Shown: positions 25,239-29,026 of the stretch, piece by piece | How the letters are laid out: the number at the start of each line of letters is the position of its first letter | Numbering within the stretch: the stretch's first letter is position 1 | Program-made: the position numbers and the translations under genes | The notes under the pieces: generated by a model | The model's database searches: none | Told to the model about the DNA's origin: nothing | Seen by the model: only the letters and a program-made list of their open reading frames with translations | From: a virus | Lineage: Duplodnaviria > Caudoviricetes | DNA: 29,026 bases | Reading direction: 5' to 3' (one strand) | Virus record (IMG/VR): IMGVR_UViG_3300032260_000018 | Location: 1-29,026 of that record

Positions 25239-28104
25239 CCAGTTTCACAAAGATTTAATAGGTGACGACCTTCACATTGCAAGAGCGCAAGCTGGCAGCG
25301 GGAGTCCTACTGGAGTTGTTACCGCTGGGATAATTGGTGAATTCTATTGGGATTACACCAATAACCACCTATACGTTGCAGAGGAGCTGACAGATAGTGA
25401 CTGGGTGCAGCAGGCAGATGCTTACGACCAGTCATTAAACACCACTGATAATGTAATCTTTAATGGGTTACTTACAACTAGCTTCCTATCAACAGACGCA
25501 AACCATCTTGACCTTAATGAGTCTGGTGAGACAGATATAACGGCAGACGGAGGCGGAATCCATCTGAAAGGCACATCTCTTATTTATATTATATGGGATA
25601 ATGCTACAAATGCCTGGCAATTTAATCAGAATGGGCAGTTCTTAGGATCTATGACTATAGGCGCTCTTTCTGCTTCAGCTGCTGACTCATCTCTTGACCT
25701 AAAAGCAACAGATAAATTCTTCTCATTAAATGCTGTAGCCACTGCTGTTAGAGATACACTGTCCCCGCAAGAGCGCGACATCCATTACGACCCAACCACT
25801 AAATTATTCGAAGGCTGGAATGGCTCCATGTGGGTTAACTTTGGCTCCGGTGGCGGTGATGTTGTCGGCCCTGCTTCAGCAGCAGACAATCTAGTTGCTA
25901 GATATGATGGGGCAACTGGAAAGCTTCTAAAATCTTCACCTAATTTCCAGGTTGGAGATCTAGGGTACACCATGATAGGTGGTAGCGGTGCTCCTGATAC
26001 AGATACATTTGTTCAAATCATTACACCAGATAGCGATGGGCTGAAAATAAAAAGCCCGAATAATGCGCAGCTCATGCTACATGACACTGGGGCTGCCGTT
26101 GACCTAAAGCAAGTTAATCTAGCCTGTTTTGATGGGGTTTTGCACTTCTTGCAGGTTGATGATGATCTAGCCGGGTTCTCTACGCTTTTGACTCTTGACC
26201 TGGCAACAGGGGATACAGAATATACCAACACTTCGGGAAATATACAGATTAAGGTAGAAGGTGTTAGTAGCAGCAAGCTATCTTTGCGCGATTCTGCTGC
26301 GACCCTTAATGATAAACAGTTTGATATAAATGCAGAGGATGGCGCTCTCTATATAGGGCATGTATCTGATGATGAAACATCAGCTAGCCCGTCAATTATA
26401 ATAGACGATGGTGAGAATGTTTTAATCCCATCTGGCAGAAAGGTTCATATAGGTGCTATCGGCACTGTAGATTCGGACGCATTAGTACAAGTAAAGCTCA
26501 CATCCGAATTTGAAAACCTTAAAATTGAGGGGCCATTTGGAGCATCACTTGCGCTGCACGACTTAGGCGGCGGCGTTGACCAGAAGCAAATAAACATGGA
26601 AGTTAGTGATGCTCTTTTGAGGGTAAGGCGGTTTGATGATGACTTTGCAGCATATTCAGACCTGGCCTCTATCAGTATGGCTACTGGTGATATGGTTCTA
26701 GATTTAGGCCAATACTCACACCAATCTTCAACGGCTCTTGATAAAGTTGTTGCTACAATGTCTGATGAAGTGGTTGAGGTTTGGCAAGAGAGCGACTTTG
26801 GAGCGGTGTCAGGTACAGGGATTCCACTGACTGACGGTACGTCATATCACATCATGGATGTCTTCACGCTTACTAAATCGCTTGTGGTTCCAACAGGTGG
26901 AAGCGTCCAGGTCAGAACAGCTAACCGCGCCCACTCCATCCTCTATACGCAAGTAGGCACAACTGAGGCTCTGTTCAGGGGCGTAAACATTGGAACCCTT
27001 GCGCTTTTTGATTGTGTTTTCGATGGAAACAGCACCGGCACTCTATTTAATATAGACGGTGGTGTTATTAGTTCCAAGTTCCCTGACTTCAACAGTTGGG
27101 CTGATTTGGGAACTGTTGCAAATCTGGCGGACTTCTTCGGGCCTGGTATGTTCTTTGATACTGCATCAGGTCTAACTATGGATGGATGCTCAAGCTGCAC
27201 AATCTATGGGCATCTTGGCATCATGTCTGGTTCTGGTTCGCTGTTCTATGTAACTGGATCAGGTTCAGGGGATTTACAGTTCTACAATGGCATCTTAGAA
27301 GGTGATGCAACCAACTCAATGTTTAATGTGCATGGAGCAACATACCCAGTTGGTCAGACCGTGAACATTGGTGGGAACAATATTGTAAGCGGCCTAATGT
27401 TTAACCCATCCTCTATTATCCAGACAGATGATAGGATCATATCAAGAGGAAACAAGGGAGCACCTGACAGTACCGCCACGGCAACTGGCACAGCATTTGA
27501 CCAAGGCGGTACTCTTTCTTCACTAACTCAGAATATAGCTAGTGAAATCACAGCAACCTTCACTGAACAAGATGTTGAGAGGTTCAGTGTTTCAGCAAGC
27601 GGAGTATTCCGCCATGAAGGGTCTGAAAGCATTACGGCGCAAGTTTGGGCTTCCATTACAGGAAAAAGCAGCTCAGCCAGTGCAACTACTTTCAATTTCT
27701 ATCTAGGGCAAGCCTATGGACTTAATGGAATTGACTCTTTCGCTGATGCGGGCGCAGGCAATGTAACGGCAACAACAACTATAGACCACTCTTTCATAGC
27801 TGGCGATAGGGTCGTGATTATGGGAACGACCAATTATAACGGGGATTATATTCTGATCAGCGTAACAGCAGACACATTCACATTCACTGCAACTTGGGTG
27901 GCAACAGAGACAGGGTGGAATCCACGAAAGATTTTGCCAGCATCAAAGGCTTCAAATCAACTCTCCAATGCTTACAAGAATAGTATGCTTATTGGACAGG
28001 CAGACATGGCAGAGGATGATTTCGTGCAATTATTTGTTGAGAACACTGGAAGTAGTGCGGACTTAGCAGTTAGCGACATCAACGTAAACATAGCAAAAGT
28101 GTAG
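25231..28104 (+). CDS. Tail fibre/adhesin-like multidomain protein
   Basis: N-terminal 'GSGSPTGVVTA..GEFY.D', the fibre motif 'GDVVGPASAADN.VARYDG.TGKLL', three internal repeats, a beta-helix-like region and an FCCH-like domain. Confidence 0.7.
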   Translation: MANQFHKDLIGDDLHIARAQAGSGSPTGVVTAGIIGEFYWDYTNNHLYVAEELTDSDWVQQADAYDQSLNTTDNVIFNGLLTTSFLSTDANHLDLNESGETDITADGGGIHLKGTSLIYIIWDNATNAWQFNQNGQFLGSMTIGALSASAADSSLDLKATDKFFSLNAVATAVRDTLSPQERDIHYDPTTKLFEGWNGSMWVNFGSGGGDVVGPASAADNLVARYDGATGKLLKSSPNFQVGDLGYTMIGGSGAPDTDTFVQIITPDSDGLKIKSPNNAQLMLHDTGAAVDLKQVNLACFDGVLHFLQVDDDLAGFSTLLTLDLATGDTEYTNTSGNIQIKVEGVSSSKLSLRDSAATLNDKQFDINAEDGALYIGHVSDDETSASPSIIIDDGENVLIPSGRKVHIGAIGTVDSDALVQVKLTSEFENLKIEGPFGASLALHDLGGGVDQKQINMEVSDALLRVRRFDDDFAAYSDLASISMATGDMVLDLGQYSHQSSTALDKVVATMSDEVVEVWQESDFGAVSGTGIPLTDGTSYHIMDVFTLTKSLVVPTGGSVQVRTANRAHSILYTQVGTTEALFRGVNIGTLALFDCVFDGNSTGTLFNIDGGVISSKFPDFNSWADLGTVANLADFFGPGMFFDTASGLTMDGCSSCTIYGHLGIMSGSGSLFYVTGSGSGDLQFYNGILEGDATNSMFNVHGATYPVGQTVNIGGNNIVSGLMFNPSSIIQTDDRIISRGNKGAPDSTATATGTAFDQGGTLSSLTQNIASEITATFTEQDVERFSVSASGVFRHEGSESITAQVWASITGKSSSASATTFNFYLGQAYGLNGIDSFADAGAGNVTATTTIDHSFIAGDRVVIMGTTNYNGDYILISVTADTFTFTATWVATETGWNPRKILPASKASNQLSNAYKNSMLIGQADMAEDDFVQLFVENTGSSADLAVSDINVNIAKV

Positions 28105-28257
28105 GGGCTAATATGAATCCAGATGACTACTGTCATTTGATTGTAGAAAACACAGGAACAAGTATGGTTTCCATGAAAATCACGGGCTATTAAAAGGGGG
28201 TAGGTCATCAGCGAGAGATTCCCCACAAACGCGACCATACCGTGGACTGTCACGGCT

Positions 28258-28596
28258 ATGGATAGTGCAGACAATAGGCTGACTGGCCTCACCGATGTGC
28301 TGCTATGGATAAGGCGTAGAAGTGATGGGCAGTATTTTGATTTTGCAGGTGGATGGGGTGCAAATCGAACCCAGCATCAGATGGTCGAGATGGATTCCAC
28401 TAACAACCCTGGTGTGTATGAGTATTATTTTGATACCGACGGTTTGGGTCGTGATGATTACTTCTATGATTCAGAGAGTGCAACGTCAGCTACTGGACCA
28501 TGGCAGGGGTGGATTTATATCGGCGGTGTGAATGTTGATCAGGTGAATGATGTCACTATTGTCGGTGACGGTAGCACAATTCCATTTAATGTATAA
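28258..28596 (+). CDS. Hypothetical protein (start uncertain; frame open from 28204)
   Basis: 112 aa ORF with 'TGLT.V...IRR.SDG.YFDF' and 'M.E.D.TN.PG.Y.Y' motifs. Confidence 0.65.
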   Translation: MDSADNRLTGLTDVLLWIRRRSDGQYFDFAGGWGANRTQHQMVEMDSTNNPGVYEYYFDTDGLGRDDYFYDSESATSATGPWQGWIYIGGVNVDQVNDVTIVGDGSTIPFNV

Positions 28597-28666
28597 TGAT
28601 GTTATGGAGGACGATATAACTTATGAAACTCTATTTTTCTGAATTAGCAGGGGCTGGCGATTGTTG

Positions 28667-29026
28667 ATGGCTGAGATAGTTTTCCAAATTCAATATGCGC
28701 AGACCTCCCGAGACCCTGGAGACTTAGTGAGTGTTGCTGCTGGTGAAAAGACCAGGGTAGATCCGCATGTAGAAAACAGTCGTTGCTTTCTGCGTGTGGT
28801 CGATGCTCCGTACACTTTGGAGCAGCTGCAAGGCGTGGGAGTCCATTGGCTGGTGGCTGATGGCGAGGATTTCATAGTACAAGCGCGCAGCCGTTTTACC
28901 TTGTTATTATCTGGTAAATTACCCGACAAGATTCCCGGCTTTAAAAACAACCGCACTTATTCAACAAATTGGGCAACACTAAGGCCTTTTATCTTCGATA
29001 AATCCACGGGTCTAATAGCCACAGAT
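28667..29026 (+). CDS. Hypothetical protein, 3' truncated by the window edge (MAEIVFQIQYAQTSRDPGDLVSV...)
   Basis: 120 codons open to the window end, co-directional with the late genes. Not in the ORF track because it has no stop. Confidence 0.65.
   Translation, partial: MAEIVFQIQYAQTSRDPGDLVSVAAGEKTRVDPHVENSRCFLRVVDAPYTLEQLQGVGVHWLVADGEDFIVQARSRFTLLLSGKLPDKIPGFKNNRTYSTNWATLRPFIFDKSTGLIATD

Noticed and set aside
28690-28956. 88-aa minus-strand ORF
   Set aside because: It is antisense to an uninterrupted plus-strand frame (28667 to the window end) that is co-directional with the late operon.

Overview
Fragment of a temperate-looking podovirus-type phage with a BPP-1/epsilon15-like virion module. 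From left to right: (1) 1-1570, an array of small accessory genes separated by integron attC-like folded sites; (2) a RepB-type primase/Zn-finger/DUF5906 helicase gene; (3) a convergent, tightly coupled minus-strand early operon (7095->4333) driven by a near-consensus sigma70 promoter, with an ArdA-like acidic protein, a small RHH-like protein and two proteins carrying long GCT-codon Ala-rich repeats; (4) an iteron-rich non-coding region (7140-7495), a candidate origin or packaging site; (5) terS, three inserted genes, terL, portal, scaffold, major capsid, Bbp16-like cement, tail adaptor and nozzle, and internal virion proteins; (6) tail/fibre-like accessory genes. The most striking signal is the phage-borne integron-like cassette array. 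Every gene stops in the TAA of a TAAC core. Each unit's own ends pair better (9-13 bp) than the junctions in the array do. The extrahelical-base polarity is inverted relative to canonical integrons, and a possible attI-like terminus lies downstream of the genes. No integrase is present in the window. Family assignments are from motif recognition by eye, not from database searches.
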